From the NCBI RefSeq assembly GCF_000760515.2, contig NW_013546678.1:1-64000 (forward strand): DNA of 64,000 bases, read 5' to 3'. Position 1 is the first letter of the stretch. Every line of letters begins with the position of its first letter. Position numbers and translations under genes: made by a program. The DNA is from Mitosporidium daphniae (Eukaryota). The notes beneath the pieces are model-generated. The model saw only the letters and a program-made list of their open reading frames with translations, was not told the origin of the DNA and ran no database searches. Below, in pieces: positions 48,376 through 60,346 of this stretch.

Positions 48376-50016
48376 ATGCATTACAGTCCTCGTTTACTCC
48401 ATGGCGAAAATGAGGTTTCTCCGCGTAAAGGAGTGCTTCGTAAAAACTCTACCTTTACCGTTGAGGATCTTTCCTTTGCTAAAACAAAAAAAGACTTGAC
48501 AATCGGCGATAATAGCCTGAACGATAACTCGGATCTTGATTTCATCGATGACGATCCGGACCTTTCTTCTGCAATGTCCGATGATGATGAAATAGATTCC
48601 AACGCAGAGGAGCTAAATTTTAGCCAAGAGGAGATGAAGTCTGATGAGGAAGATATAAAGTCTGATGAGGAAGATATAAAGTCTGATGAGCAAGATATAA
48701 AGTCTGATGAGGAAGAAATACAATCCGCCAGTAACGATCTTAGTGAATTTTTAGATGAGAAAGAAGAAAGAACGGCCAACGTAGCGCAAATGAATATCAC
48801 GTCCGATCTTGCTACCTTAAAGAAAAGGATTGAAGAGACCGTTTATATTTTGATGAACTTTTCCAAGGCTAGAGACCCAAATACTTCCCGTCCCACCTAC
48901 TGCAATGCTCTGATTAAGGACCTCTGTCTTTATTACGGATATTCGGAGTATTTGATCACAGAACATTTCTTCCACATGTTTTCAGTTGCAGAGCTTATCC
49001 AATTCTTGGAAGCCAGCGACGTTCCTCGTCCCGTTACCATTCGTACAAATACACTTAAAATCAAGCGACGAAGGGATCTTGCAAAGGCTCTCATTGGCAG
49101 GGGCATAAATGTTGACCCACTCGCCATTGGGGATGAAACGGAGGATGACAACGAGGCATCGTCGTCCAATGCTTGGTCGGCCCTTGGCCTTCAGGTCTTC
49201 CATGATGGAGGAGATGATAGATCCTCCGGCAATGTTCCGCTTGGAGCAACACCGGAATATCTTTCGGGACTATATATGCTGCAAGCAGCCGCGTCGTTCC
49301 TTCCTGTTGTGTCTCTTGCACCTGCTCCTGGAGAGCGAGTTTTGGACATGTGTGCAGCACCGGGCGGCAAGTCTACACACTGCTCGCAACTGATGAAAAA
49401 CTCTGGTCTGCTACTTGCCAACGATCTTTCCAAAGATCGCCAGAAAGCAACTGCCGCAAATATTTACCGCCTTGGAGTGCGCAATGCCATTATTTCCGTT
49501 ATGGACGGACGACAGCTTCCCTCCCAATTTGGGGCCAACTTTTTTGACAAGGTGCTTTTAGACGCTCCATGCTCCGGAACTGGAGTCATCTCGAAAGACC
49601 CTACCGTCAAAGTTTCTAAAGAAGCTTCTGACTTTAAGCTTCTTACACATACGCAAAAAGAATTGATTTTAACGGCCATTGACTTGGCCAGTGCCAATGA
49701 TGGCGTTATTGTCTATTCCACCTGTTCTGTTTGCGTCGAAGAGAACGAGGAAATTGTTCAATACGCGCTCGAAAAACGGCCCAATGTCAAGCTGGTTGAG
49801 ACGCGCCTTCCATTTGGACGTCCCGGATATGTCAACTATCGTGAAAAACGGTTCTCTTCGTCGATGAAGCTTACGATGAGATATTATCCCCACGTGCACA
49901 ACTTGGACGGATTTTATGTGGCCAGGTTTATCAAAACATCTTGTTTTCCAAACCCAGCAGGTAGAAATGTCCAGACCGAGGCGTTGGCGGCCCGTGATGA
50001 AGGGAAATCCCAGTGA
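48376..50016 (+). CDS. NOP2: 25S rRNA m5C methyltransferase Nop2
   Basis: RPVTIRTNTLK, GATPEYLSG, LDMCAAPGGKS, LLDAPCSGTG, VYSTCS and YPHVHNLDGF. Confidence 0.95.
   Translation: MHYSPRLLHGENEVSPRKGVLRKNSTFTVEDLSFAKTKKDLTIGDNSLNDNSDLDFIDDDPDLSSAMSDDDEIDSNAEELNFSQEEMKSDEEDIKSDEEDIKSDEQDIKSDEEEIQSASNDLSEFLDEKEERTANVAQMNITSDLATLKKRIEETVYILMNFSKARDPNTSRPTYCNALIKDLCLYYGYSEYLITEHFFHMFSVAELIQFLEASDVPRPVTIRTNTLKIKRRRDLAKALIGRGINVDPLAIGDETEDDNEASSSNAWSALGLQVFHDGGDDRSSGNVPLGATPEYLSGLYMLQAAASFLPVVSLAPAPGERVLDMCAAPGGKSTHCSQLMKNSGLLLANDLSKDRQKATAANIYRLGVRNAIISVMDGRQLPSQFGANFFDKVLLDAPCSGTGVISKDPTVKVSKEASDFKLLTHTQKELILTAIDLASANDGVIVYSTCSVCVEENEEIVQYALEKRPNVKLVETRLPFGRPGYVNYREKRFSSSMKLTMRYYPHVHNLDGFYVARFIKTSCFPNPAGRNVQTEALAARDEGKSQ
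48637..48720 (+). repeat. 4 x 21-nt coding tandem repeat (KSDEEDI) in NOP2
   Basis: AAGTCTGATGAGGAAGATATA repeated four times with 0-1 substitutions per copy. Confidence 0.95.
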
Positions 50017-50128
50017 CACGTGTACACCGAATTGCAGTAAATTATTTTCCTTATTTCGTTATTTGTAATTTTGTAATCGCACATTTTGGTAACGCAAATT
50101 TTCATCGTTCAACCACTTGGCGCGTGTG

Positions 50129-51114
50129 ATGGCGGCAGTTGACGAGGCCAAGTTAAACTCGTTTTTGCACAAAGTCGTCACTGATGATGCTGCTTTGGCT
50201 TTGATATGCGTATGTATGTTCACGCCTAATTCTGGTAGTCTGGCCCGACCGCCGTTCCACTAGAGCAAAATACGATCAGATTGCTTGATAACATATCAAC
50301 CGGCCAGCGCGGCGCTGTCTCGGCAGAGTATTTCCTTGCAATGGGATACTATGTGATTTTCTTCCATCGGACCAATACAAAGTTGCCCTTCATAAGGCAA
50401 GTGACCAGCGAAGATATTTCGTCTTTTGCAGGTACGCATTTCAGCGCTCATCAAAGTGGACCAAACCAACAACACGCTACATTGCACCCCGATCGTAATT
50501 GAGGCGCTTTTGAAAAGGAAAAAATATGCAGACCGAATGCTCCTGTTTTCGTTTTTTTCTTTCCATCAGTATCAAGCAGGGTTGGAGATCATTTGCACAC
50601 ACGCCCATCGCTTGATGCGGTCAAAGCTGCTCATTTTCCTTGCTGCCGCCGTATCTGACTTTACGCCCAGTGATGTCCCGTTGCACAAAATCAACTCATC
50701 AGTGGCAGATTTATCTGAAAATCTGACGATAACGCTCAAGCCAACTCCAAAAGTTGTTCAACAAATAACCTCCTCTTGGGCGCCGACGTCAATGATTGTT
50801 TCTTTCAAGGTAACGCGTTTCCCCAATCACCTTAGCTTGAAACCGACAAATCCATTTTGAAGCAAAAAGCCATTGGTGCTCTTGAAAAATACAGGTGCTC
50901 AGCCATAATAGCAAATCACCTGCCATCGATCAGGAGCAAAATGATGCTGATATGGAAAAAGACCACTTTTCCCACTTTACATTGCCATCAAAAGGGGGCT
51001 GAAGTGAATGGCAATGACGATTGTTTTGTTTTCCGCGAAATTGATGTCGAAAATGGAGACATTGAAGAACCCATGGTCAATCTGCTAGTCCAGCTGCATA
51101 GTGCGTTTTTATAA
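50129..51114 (+). CDS. CAB2: Phosphopantothenate-cysteine ligase (3 introns)
   Basis: [42 protein letters not shown] and IVSFK|LETD. Confidence 0.9.
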
Positions 51115-51206
51115 GCAATTTTGTAAATTCCTACGACCACTTTGATTGCCCCGTTAAATTACAATGCCATTTATAATAAATTTCAAGTTCAGCAAATTAA
51201 TTAAAA

Positions 51207-51769
51207 ATGCAGTCTCTTGCCCCTGGCGTCACCGTGCGTCCAATGGGCGGGCGCTCCCTCACCGCTCACCAGGAGGAGGACGCCTCCCATTTATCACTCG
51301 GCACAGATTTCCAGAATGCACACACGCTTTTCAATGCAGAGGTGGCCATTTTGCTGAAACAAGTCCAGCACGATCGGCAGCAAATGGCAGAAAACAATGC
51401 ATATGGCCTTCAAGGCCACCAAGCGGGCGCATCACCGCCAGTGCCGCTGTAGCCGTCGTTATGCCTTTATGTTTATAGGGTTTTGTCAAAAACACACACT
51501 TACGCCTCCACATTTTCGCGATTTGGCCATCGAGAAATGACCCAACATATACGCCGCATCTTGTATGCCACTGGAAAGCTGGCCGAATTTGAAATGGCCC
51601 AGCTGGCAAATTTGTGTCCCGAGACCGCAGAAGAGGCCAAGACGCTTATTCCAAGGTATCCTTATTTGCCTTGTCTTTTCGTAGCTTACAGGAAAAGTTC
51701 CGGGATGACGACGATCTCCAGGCTCTTTTGGAACAGATTGCAAGTGCTCGTAAAATGCAGGCTTTTTAA
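51207..51769 (+). CDS. RPB4: RNA polymerase II subunit Rpb4 (2 introns)
   Basis: EEDASHLSLGTDF..NAEV and [24 protein letters not shown]. Confidence 0.9.
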
Positions 51770-51837
51770 ACTTTACGGTTGTAAAATAAAATTCATAATT
51801 TACTCTTTTTTCTTTTACACTTGCGCGATTTCCCCTG

Positions 51838-54800
51838 ATGTCGGCGTGTGGGTTAGTTTCTTCGCTACCGCAACAAAGCTCTTTGCCTGTTTTGAAAACA
51901 GCGGCCATTCCAGACGATATCAGCTGTCCATTTGGAACCGTGAAAAGAGAACATGGAAATAAGTATCCATCTTCTGAGGGTTCTTATGGTACACTTATCC
52001 ACAAGCTTGTGGAACCCCACATTGCCTCCTTCAATGCGATCACAGATCAATCGCTTTTGGAAAACGGCGTCAAAAATCTAGAAATGCGCGTCATTTATGA
52101 CGCTTCCAAAACCCATTATCTCAAAATGTGGATAGAGGATGTTCAGCTTGGAAAGCCGATGCTACCAGAAAAAGAGACCTTCTCTCTCGATCGAGGCCTA
52201 TATCCGAGCGAGTGCCGCCAACGAGGAATCACTTATGAGGCAAAGCTTATGGCCAAAATATGCTTCCAAATGGATGATGATGGCCCGATACACTTTTATA
52301 CCCGCCATTTGGGCGATTTTCCTATCATGGTTCGTTCAAATCGTTGCCATTTGGAAGGCCTCTCTCCGGTGGATCTCATTGCTCGGCATGAGGAGAGTGA
52401 AGAAATGGGCGGCTATTTTATTGTAAATGGGATTGAGCGTCTGATTAGGCTGCTTGTTGTAACAAGACGCAATTATCCTCTTGCAGTGGTCAGATCGTCC
52501 TTTTTGAAAAAAGGACCGTCCTATACGCATTTTGGCGTGCTCATCAGATGTGTACGGGACGACACAACCTCGCAAACGATCACCCTTCATTATCTTTCCG
52601 ATGTCGGCATCACAGTTAGATTTTCACACCTCAAACAGGAATACCTGGTTCCAGTGCTGCTTATATTGCGGGCGCTGGCTCCACTCTCTGATAAGCAGAT
52701 TTTTGAGGGAGTCGTTCAAGGTGATTTTGATGATACTACCCTTGTCGGGCAGATGGAGGCTCTGTTAAGAGCGCACCGGACCACCAATCTCTACTCGCAA
52801 GACTCGTGCTTACAATATCTTGGTGCTCGCTTTCAGGCTGTTTTCAGATATGATGATCGCTTGAGTGAGCGGGAAATCGGTGAACTCGTTATTCGTCGTA
52901 TGCTCTTTGTGCATTTGGAGGATGGTAGAGAAAAGGTTTCTCTGCTGCTTTTGATGATCCGAAAGCTTCTGGCTCTGGTTGGAAATAAAATCATTCCAGA
53001 TAACCCCGATTCTCTTATGAACCACGAAATCCTACTTCCCGGCCATCTTCTCGCTTCATATTTGAAAGAAAAGCTCGATGAACTTTTAGGTTCCGCTCGC
53101 ACGGTCCTTCTTCAAGACCAACAGCGGGGAGCATCTTGGTCCTCTGACGCCTTTTCTCCGGAAAGCCCTACTTCTGCCACCGATAAGTTCTGCCGTCGTC
53201 TTTTTTCCAAATTGAATTTGGACATCGGGAAAAAAATTCGCTACTTTCTGGGAACCGGTAATATGCCTTCTTCTGGAGGAATGGACCTTCAACAAGTCAC
53301 TGGATATACGGTGGTTGCTGAGCGTTTAAACTACCTCCGCTATTTGTCTCATTTCCGAAGTGTTCATCGAGGCTCTTTTTTTGCGACCCTCAAAACCACA
53401 ACGGTTCGAAAACTGCTTCCTGAATCTTGGGGTTTCTTGTGCCCAGTACATACACCTGACGGTGCTCCATGCGGTTTGCTGAACCATCTCACCCACACCT
53501 GCTCCATCGTTAGTGGGGATGGAGAAGAAAATAACCCAACAGATCGTGTTCGTGCCATTGCCTCCGTGCTTGTTGGCTTGGGTGTCACTCAGCTTGAAGC
53601 CGGTGCTGCTTTTCTCCCAAAATCTTATGGAGCCCATTGTGTCTTGCTGGATGGATGTCTTATTGGCTATGCTTCGTTTTCTCAGCTTACCACAATGGTG
53701 AGCCAGCTTCGCCAAATGAAAGGAAATGGTATCGTTCCCGCTCACATGGAAATTGTACTGATCTTACAGGCGCCTAAAAAAGGCCTCTTTCCAGGGCTCT
53801 TTCTGTTCACCACGCCATCTCGTCTTATGAGGCCCGTTTATCGCATCGAGGGAGCGGATTTGAAGAAAAAGGAAGCTCACAAATTGGAGCTTATTGGCAC
53901 TTTTGAGCAAGTGTTTCTCAATATTGCTCTTCAAGGGGAAGAATATGGATCCGGTGATCCATCAACAGGGCTTCCAGCGACGCTTGCAGCAGCGGTGTTA
54001 CCTACTCACGTCGAGGGGGTACCTACAAACATCCTTTCAGTGGTGGCCAATTTAACCCCATTTTGCGACTTTAACCAATCGCCGCGTAACATGTATCAGT
54101 GCCAGATGGCAAAGCAATCCATGGGAACCCCTCTGCACGCATTTCCTTTTCGCTCAGATAGCAAGCTTTATCGGCTGCAATCCGGGCAATCACCGGTCGT
54201 TAGACCCTCCCTTTTCAACACCTACCAAATGGATAGCCACCCAAATGGTGCAAATGCTGTAGTTGCCGTGATTTCTTATACAGGCTATGATATGGAAGAT
54301 GCAATGATCATCAACAAGAGCTCATTTGAGCGCGGTTTTGGGAATGGCTCCATTTACAAGAGCGAGCTTATCGATTTAAAAGATCACATCTCGGCTGATG
54401 ACGACGGCTCGTCTCTTCGGATCTTTGCCTGCACCGATATGGATCTCATAAATGGCGGCCTATTAGACCACGACGGGTTTCCTCCAGTGGGGCGGCTTTT
54501 ACGGCCAGGCGATCCCTTTTGTTCTACTGCTCTTTTAGCCCACAGTACGTCGGAAGACCCGAACTCTGAAATGGGGATTAGTGATGAAAATGTGATTCGG
54601 TGGAAAGCAGCAGGCCTTGAAGAAGCATATGTCGAAAGTGTGCGCCTGATGGGCGATGCCGCCGGTCTTGGGCCTGCTCGAAGAGCTCTCATAGTGCTTC
54701 GTATTCCGCGGCCCCCGGTGATTGGCGACAAATTCTCTTCGCGCCACGGCCAGAAAGGTGTTTGCTCCCAAAAATGGCCTCTCATTGATATGCCTTTCAG

Positions 54801-55494
54801 TGAACATGGACTCACTCCCGACATCATCATTAACCCCCACGCCTTCCCCTCTCGTATGACGATTGGAATGTTCGTGGAAAGTATGGCTGGCAAAGCTGGC
54901 TGTCTTCATGGCACTTCCCAAGATGCCACGCCATTTCGTCTTACAGGCGTGGCCGTAGAGTGTTTTGGAGATGCCTTAAAAAAAGCCGGCTTTTCATACT
55001 ATGGCAATGAACCGATGTATTCTGGCGTTTTCGGTAACGAACTTGCCGCAGACATTTTTATTGGCGTTGTATATTACCAGCGCTTGAGACACATGGTGTC
55101 GGATAAGTTTCAAGTGCGCACTACAGGTCCCGTTCATAATCTCACCCGGCAGCCCATCAAGGGGCGGAAGCGTGCCGGTGGTATCCGATTTGGAGAGATG
55201 GAGCGAGATTCGCTTCTTGCGAATGGCACTGCTTTTCTGCTACATGATCGTCTGATGAACTGCTCAGACTATACCCAAATGCACGCTTGTGTCAAATGCG
55301 GCGATATTCTCTCCATCCTTGCGCCTTCGCGCAAATCACATGGCCACGAATTCAATCTCAAATGTACGGGATGCGGTGCAAGTGGTGCCTCCAATATTGT
55401 AGTCGTTGCCTTGCCCTATGTATATCGATACCTTGTCAGTGAACTCATGGTAATGAATGTCCGATTGAAGATGGACCTGACTTCTGCCTGCTAA
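51838..55494 (+). CDS. RPA135: RNA polymerase I second-largest subunit (intronless)
   Basis: PHIASFNA, GSFFATLKTTTVRKLLPESWGF, GDKFSSRHGQKG and GGIRFGEMERD. Confidence 0.97.
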   Translation: MSACGLVSSLPQQSSLPVLKTAAIPDDISCPFGTVKREHGNKYPSSEGSYGTLIHKLVEPHIASFNAITDQSLLENGVKNLEMRVIYDASKTHYLKMWIEDVQLGKPMLPEKETFSLDRGLYPSECRQRGITYEAKLMAKICFQMDDDGPIHFYTRHLGDFPIMVRSNRCHLEGLSPVDLIARHEESEEMGGYFIVNGIERLIRLLVVTRRNYPLAVVRSSFLKKGPSYTHFGVLIRCVRDDTTSQTITLHYLSDVGITVRFSHLKQEYLVPVLLILRALAPLSDKQIFEGVVQGDFDDTTLVGQMEALLRAHRTTNLYSQDSCLQYLGARFQAVFRYDDRLSEREIGELVIRRMLFVHLEDGREKVSLLLLMIRKLLALVGNKIIPDNPDSLMNHEILLPGHLLASYLKEKLDELLGSARTVLLQDQQRGASWSSDAFSPESPTSATDKFCRRLFSKLNLDIGKKIRYFLGTGNMPSSGGMDLQQVTGYTVVAERLNYLRYLSHFRSVHRGSFFATLKTTTVRKLLPESWGFLCPVHTPDGAPCGLLNHLTHTCSIVSGDGEENNPTDRVRAIASVLVGLGVTQLEAGAAFLPKSYGAHCVLLDGCLIGYASFSQLTTMVSQLRQMKGNGIVPAHMEIVLILQAPKKGLFPGLFLFTTPSRLMRPVYRIEGADLKKKEAHKLELIGTFEQVFLNIALQGEEYGSGDPSTGLPATLAAAVLPTHVEGVPTNILSVVANLTPFCDFNQSPRNMYQCQMAKQSMGTPLHAFPFRSDSKLYRLQSGQSPVVRPSLFNTYQMDSHPNGANAVVAVISYTGYDMEDAMIINKSSFERGFGNGSIYKSELIDLKDHISADDDGSSLRIFACTDMDLINGGLLDHDGFPPVGRLLRPGDPFCSTALLAHSTSEDPNSEMGISDENVIRWKAAGLEEAYVESVRLMGDAAGLGPARRALIVLRIPRPPVIGDKFSSRHGQKGVCSQKWPLIDMPFSEHGLTPDIIINPHAFPSRMTIGMFVESMAGKAGCLHGTSQDATPFRLTGVAVECFGDALKKAGFSYYGNEPMYSGVFGNELAADIFIGVVYYQRLRHMVSDKFQVRTTGPVHNLTRQPIKGRKRAGGIRFGEMERDSLLANGTAFLLHDRLMNCSDYTQMHACVKCGDILSILAPSRKSHGHEFNLKCTGCGASGASNIVVVALPYVYRYLVSELMVMNVRLKMDLTSAC

Positions 55495-55787
55495 CTTATT
55501 TCTATTTAATGAACCGCCATTGGTCAGTAAACAATTTCGTTTTGTAATTTACCGGCGACAGCTTAATTTAGTTGGCACAAATTGCCTTTGCAATGCTGCA
55601 ATTTAAATGCTCAAAATGCCAATATATGCATGCTGGACAGGGGGCCGCATCAGCCTAGATGCAAACGAAATTTGCTTCATTTAAAAACGGCCCATGCTCA
55701 ACTCAATTTTCAATTTTAGTGATAACTTTTGCCGCGTCATAAATAGCTGCGCTTGGCTGGCCACAAAATACCACAATACAAGGCGGC

Positions 55788-56581
55788 TCATTGGGATGCT
55801 ACAAGAACGGCAAGCTGCTCAAAAGACAGCAGCCCGGTGCCCAGCTTTCTAACAGAGGATATCTCATCATCAGACGACCGTGTTAAAAAAAGCTGTGCAT
55901 CAGATATAGACTCCTCCTCGATCGTAGGATCGGCAGCAAGAATGTTGTTTACCTGAAGCGTCAAAAGCAAAAGCTTACCATGATGGTGTATTTGAGGCTC
56001 GGAAATGCCGGTATCGAAAGTGGGACCAAATCCTCGGGGTAAATGCCGCCAACATCGCTAATGCTCTTGGGAAGGCGCGTGGATGAAAGAGCGGCGGCAA
56101 GCGAGTCGAAAGCTGCTTCGAAAATATTCCCTGCATCGTTGAGAACCTGATGGGGAAAAGATCGCATACGTACCATGACATCTGCATTCAAGTGCCAGTA
56201 TCCAGTGGAGCTTCCCACTTGGAATTCCCGCATGGAGGCATAAGCCGATGTGAGGAGCTCTTGCAGAAGCGCACATTTTGCTGCTATTGTCTCGGGCTGG
56301 AAAATTTTGGCCGATGGTGCGCTAATGATAACACCAACACAAACTTACTAGTCTACCAGGAATTGGATCGGCGTTGGCTGTTCGCAAAATTTGGCCTGTA
56401 TGGCGATCAGAATGCTTGTCCCATCAATGGTAATCGAGGCAGAGCCCGGTGTGTGTTTGAGGGTATTGACGGAAATCATGGATTGCCGCTTTTGCATCAG
56501 AGAACGCCCGTCGACGCGCACCCCCGAGACAAACCCGGACCGGTAATAGCAGATTTCTGAAAGCGAGAGGGGCAACGACAT
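55788..56581 (-). CDS. RRP42: Exosome RNase PH-like subunit, Rrp42-like (3' end uncertain)
   Basis: LSLSEICYY..GVRVDGRS, GSASITI, WHLNADVM|VLNDAGNIF..STRLP and ADPTIEEE. Confidence 0.7.
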
Positions 56582-56641
56582 TTATTACGTGAAACTGCAA
56601 TTAAAAATTAATTTTACCGGCTTTTAGTATTTATTGGGAAC

Positions 56642-57148
56642 ATGTCCGATAATGAGGTCGATATGCATGGCTTTCACGAGGACGAAGAGCCCATCATGGA
56701 CGAGGAAGAAGAACCGACACACGAAAGCGAGCAAATGTTTCGCGACGAATCAAAGGAGTCTGGATTCGAAGCATCGCTGCTTGCAACAGACCCGACCGCA
56801 TCTACCCATTTGATAGAGCTGCCGGCATCCACAGCCTCATCTTCCTCGTTTACCGGCTATACGACCACATTGCTTCCAATTGAAAAGCGCATAACGACCA
56901 GGTACATGACCAAGTATGAGCGAGCTCGGCTCCTCGGTACACGAGCTCTGCAGCTCAGGTGCGATCCAATCTCATTTATTCCTAGTATGAATGCACCGCC
57001 GATGGTCGAGCTTGAAGGAGAGACAGACCCGCTACAAATCGCAATGAAGGAGCTTCGAGAACGAAAGATCCCGTTTCTGATCCGGCGATACCTTCCCGAC
57101 CGTTCGTACGAAGACTGGGCCGTGGACGAGCTGCTGATGGATTTTTAA
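56642..57148 (+). CDS. RPB6: Shared RNA polymerase subunit Rpb6 (in-frame 27-nt intron)
   Basis: [23 protein letters not shown] and [20 protein letters not shown]. Confidence 0.95.
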   Translation: MSDNEVDMHGFHEDEEPIMDEEEEPTHESEQMFRDESKESGFEASLLATDPTASTHLIELPASTASSSSFTGYTTTLLPIEKRITTRYMTKYERARLLGTRALQLRCDPISFIPSMNAPPMVELEGETDPLQIAMKELRERKIPFLIRRYLPDRSYEDWAVDELLMDF

Positions 57149-57259
57149 TACACAATGCCGATGCTCGTCTATGTGACCAAATTATTGTGTTGTAGGTCTC
57201 TTTCTCTATTAATTATTTGTTGGCCAGCTAGTTGGCATGCATCCCCTGCTCGGGAGCCA

Positions 57260-58313
57260 TTATGTGGGGGCCGAGGCCCTTGCATAGTCTTCGTTCCAGT
57301 GTAGACGGGCCGAAAGCGAGTCAAACCATTCAATTGTCTGGGTAGAAGTTGAGTTGCTCGGTGCCGTAAGTAGAGGTAGCGGCCACGAAGAGCGGCCAAT
57401 TATAATTCTATCCCCTTTCCTTAGCTCAATTCTACTGCGCCCATCAAATGAGACCTAAAATAAGGAAATCCCGCTTTACCCAGGCGCTTTCGGAGCGGCA
57501 ATTTTCGGCCAGCGAGATGGAAAGTATCTCCTCCAATGGCAGAACAATTGGGCGGAACGAAAGAGAATGGGCACAGATGGGCGTGAGAAGCATTGCTTTG
57601 AGCGTGGGATGAATGATCGGGCCTCCAGCAGACATCTATGGCCGTTAGAAAGTCTCGTGTACAGAATAGGCAGTCGATCCTGTGGGCGTGGCCACTATCA
57701 CACCATCGGCAGATATTATCGACAACAAACGGTAAAAAGGCTCCTCTGCGTCACACGAGGTCGCCGCTCGATTGAAAGATGCCTCTGTCATGCGAGATGC
57801 AGCATGCAACTCCAGCTTCAGTAGGCCGCCATAGGCGCCTTTATCGACCACACATTCATTAAGGACATGAAAAAGACGGGAACAATCGCCAGTTCGATAG
57901 ATAATCTTGCAGCACAGGCGCATTCGCTCCGAAATAGATGGCAGGTTTAAAGGGACCTTTAAAAGCAATTCAAATGTCGACGAAAGGTCCCATAGTGTTA
58001 GGAAGCCGAGCGTACCTCGGAGGAAAATCGGTAGGATCGGTGGTATAGGCGGACCTTGGAATTGCCACGCGGCATTTAAAACTGTACCATCGCCGCCGAT
58101 GGCGAGCACAAGATCCAGGTTTTGTAACTGCTCGCAACCAGGATCCCATGTCTCTAAATGAATATTGTGGCAGGACGAGGGTGCAATGCAAAACGAAGTG
58201 GGCACATACGCCACCAGAGAAGTATATGTGATGATGCTGTCGAGCTGCAAAATAAACTCTGTGCTCATTCTGATCGTTTCTGCATCGTCCTTACACATGA
58301 TGAGAATGTTCAT
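57260..58313 (-). CDS. NAD(H) kinase (2 introns)
   Basis: [38 protein letters not shown] and [12 protein letters not shown]. Confidence 0.92.
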
Positions 58314-58459
58314 CTTGCATGCAAGAAAGCACAAATCACCAAGATTTGATGCGAACCCCAATTAGGGTTAGGAGTCTGGAAATAACCCGAAAATTTAGTT
58401 GCTGTTATTTGTAAATTAATAAACGCACAAATCTGACTTGTAATTTAATAAATTTCTAC

Positions 58460-59812
58460 ATGAGCCAGATGTCCATGGCCACAGGCAATGCTGGTGAGCA
58501 GAAGCGCTCGTCCATTCTGCAAAAGCTGCAGGAGATGCATGTGGCATCTACTGATGCAGAGATGCTCACAGAATATATCCTTGTTCTTATTGCTTCCAGA
58601 AAATCATCGCAAGAGATGACTGCAGAGCTAGCGGTATTTTTGGAGGGCGGGAACAGCGCTGCAGAAAAGCTGGTTTCGTGGCTAACACCGGCTGGGCAGT
58701 CTATGGACATGGAGCAGGGAATCTCAGATGGTGCGATTCAGAGCCGAGTAGAGGGCACTTCCAATAAGCAGCCAGGGGAATTTTCTCAAAAGGATCACTC
58801 AAACTATCACCATCGCGAACGAAATCGCAGTGATCGTAGGGAAGGCTCTCGCGAAAAGGCATATCGTCGCAGAGAATCGCCTCCGGAGCGATACAGAGGC
58901 AGATGGGATGGTCCAACAGAAAGACTTCGTTCCCGGTCCAAAAATGTCTCGTTCACTGTTTCTTTGGATAACGGCCCCTCTTCATCCTCCTCCGCCCCTT
59001 ATCGTCGTTCTTCACATGCAAGACAACGCAGCCGATCTATTGATCGGCACGAAGATACACGGCGAATTCGACGAGACCAGTCCCTGCCGAAATCGAAAAA
59101 GTTTTCCGTCATCTCCGATGAAACCGCCGAAGCCGACAGTTGTTCTGCGACTCTTTTCAAGAAATCGATTCCTTGTCTCTATTATCCAAAGTGCAACCTT
59201 GGGGACGCGTGCCCCTATTCCCATGATGACTCCCTCGCCAAAAAAAGAGAGGACGGCACATCTGCCGATCCATCTGTTCAAATAAAGTCCGCAATGCCAT
59301 GCAGATTTGATCATCTTTGCAAGAACGTCGCCTGTCCATATGTGCATTCATCGCCGGCGGCGCTGAGTGTTTCCACGCGAGGCCAATCTGGAGCATCTAC
59401 AGAAATCTGCCGGTACTATCCGTGGTGTGGCCGCGGCGACGCCTGTGCATATGCCCACCCAGCTATTCCGACAATACCTACGCCACATCATCCCTTGACC
59501 CCTCAAAACAGACCCGCCGTGCCCTGTAGGTATGGTCCTATTTGTGCCCGAGTTGATTGCATTTTTCTGCACCCCACTTCGGATGCCCCGTCAACACCGT
59601 GCCGCTTTGGATCTGTTTGTGCTCGGCCCTTTTGCATGCAACGACACGATGATGCAATGCCCCCCTCTTCGGCTCCCCTGATTTCAATGGATACCATTGA
59701 TAAGAAGCAGGCACCGTCTGGAGAGAGATTTTCTTCTGCCAGCCAAGTAACAATGACATCGCCTCCGGGCTCGCCATTTCTCTTGGCCCTCTCAGATGGC
59801 GGTGAATTATGA
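58460..59812 (+). CDS. NAB2: Nab2/ZC3H14-like poly(A)-binding CCCH zinc-finger protein
   Basis: N-terminal PWI-like LTEYILVLIASRKS..ELAVFL, an RS-rich middle and five CCCH fingers. Confidence 0.75.
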   Translation: MSQMSMATGNAGEQKRSSILQKLQEMHVASTDAEMLTEYILVLIASRKSSQEMTAELAVFLEGGNSAAEKLVSWLTPAGQSMDMEQGISDGAIQSRVEGTSNKQPGEFSQKDHSNYHHRERNRSDRREGSREKAYRRRESPPERYRGRWDGPTERLRSRSKNVSFTVSLDNGPSSSSSAPYRRSSHARQRSRSIDRHEDTRRIRRDQSLPKSKKFSVISDETAEADSCSATLFKKSIPCLYYPKCNLGDACPYSHDDSLAKKREDGTSADPSVQIKSAMPCRFDHLCKNVACPYVHSSPAALSVSTRGQSGASTEICRYYPWCGRGDACAYAHPAIPTIPTPHHPLTPQNRPAVPCRYGPICARVDCIFLHPTSDAPSTPCRFGSVCARPFCMQRHDDAMPPSSAPLISMDTIDKKQAPSGERFSSASQVTMTSPPGSPFLLALSDGGEL

Positions 59813-59842
59813 AATAAATAAGATGACAAGCAAACAGGGCAT

Positions 59843-59899
59843 TTTGGCCGCTCATGTTGCTTGACATGGCCTTTGGCCGCTCATGTTGCTTGACATGGC
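59843..59899. repeat. Perfect tandem duplication, period 29 nt
   Basis: TTTGGCCGCTCATGTTGCTTGACATGGC at 59843-59870 and 59872-59899. Confidence 0.95.
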
Positions 59900-60346
59900 T
59901 TTTGAGCAATTTTTTTGCCTCAAACGGACGTTTCGCAATCAAAGGGTAACGTTGGACTGCAAACGTAAACAGGGAAGCATTTATGGCATCTACAGAAACA
60001 ATGTTGCTTGCGCTCAAAATACAGCCCTACTAAATGGCACTTTTTCGCTCAGGTGCCTTAATTGGTGTAAATTACTGGGGGATTGCAATACCACGCGAAT
60101 TTCATGAATTAATGGCACGCATGCCGTTCGTTGTCCATTAATACGAGTGTCCTGAGAAATTGAGACAAAATACCCTCAACTTTTAATGTCGCAAAGCCTG
60201 CCGATCACTCAAAGTTGACTCGCACAAGGTAGGCGTTGCCCTCCATTCAAAACTCGCTCGCCGTCGTGGCCTGATCATCAAAATGGACTTTAAAATCCAA
60301 TTGCCCTCAAGGTGATTGATTAAAATGTGGATTTCAAAAATAATTT

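Noticed and set aside
59843..59899. CRISPR-like 28-nt repeat
   Set aside because: Only two adjacent copies, no spacer, eukaryotic context.
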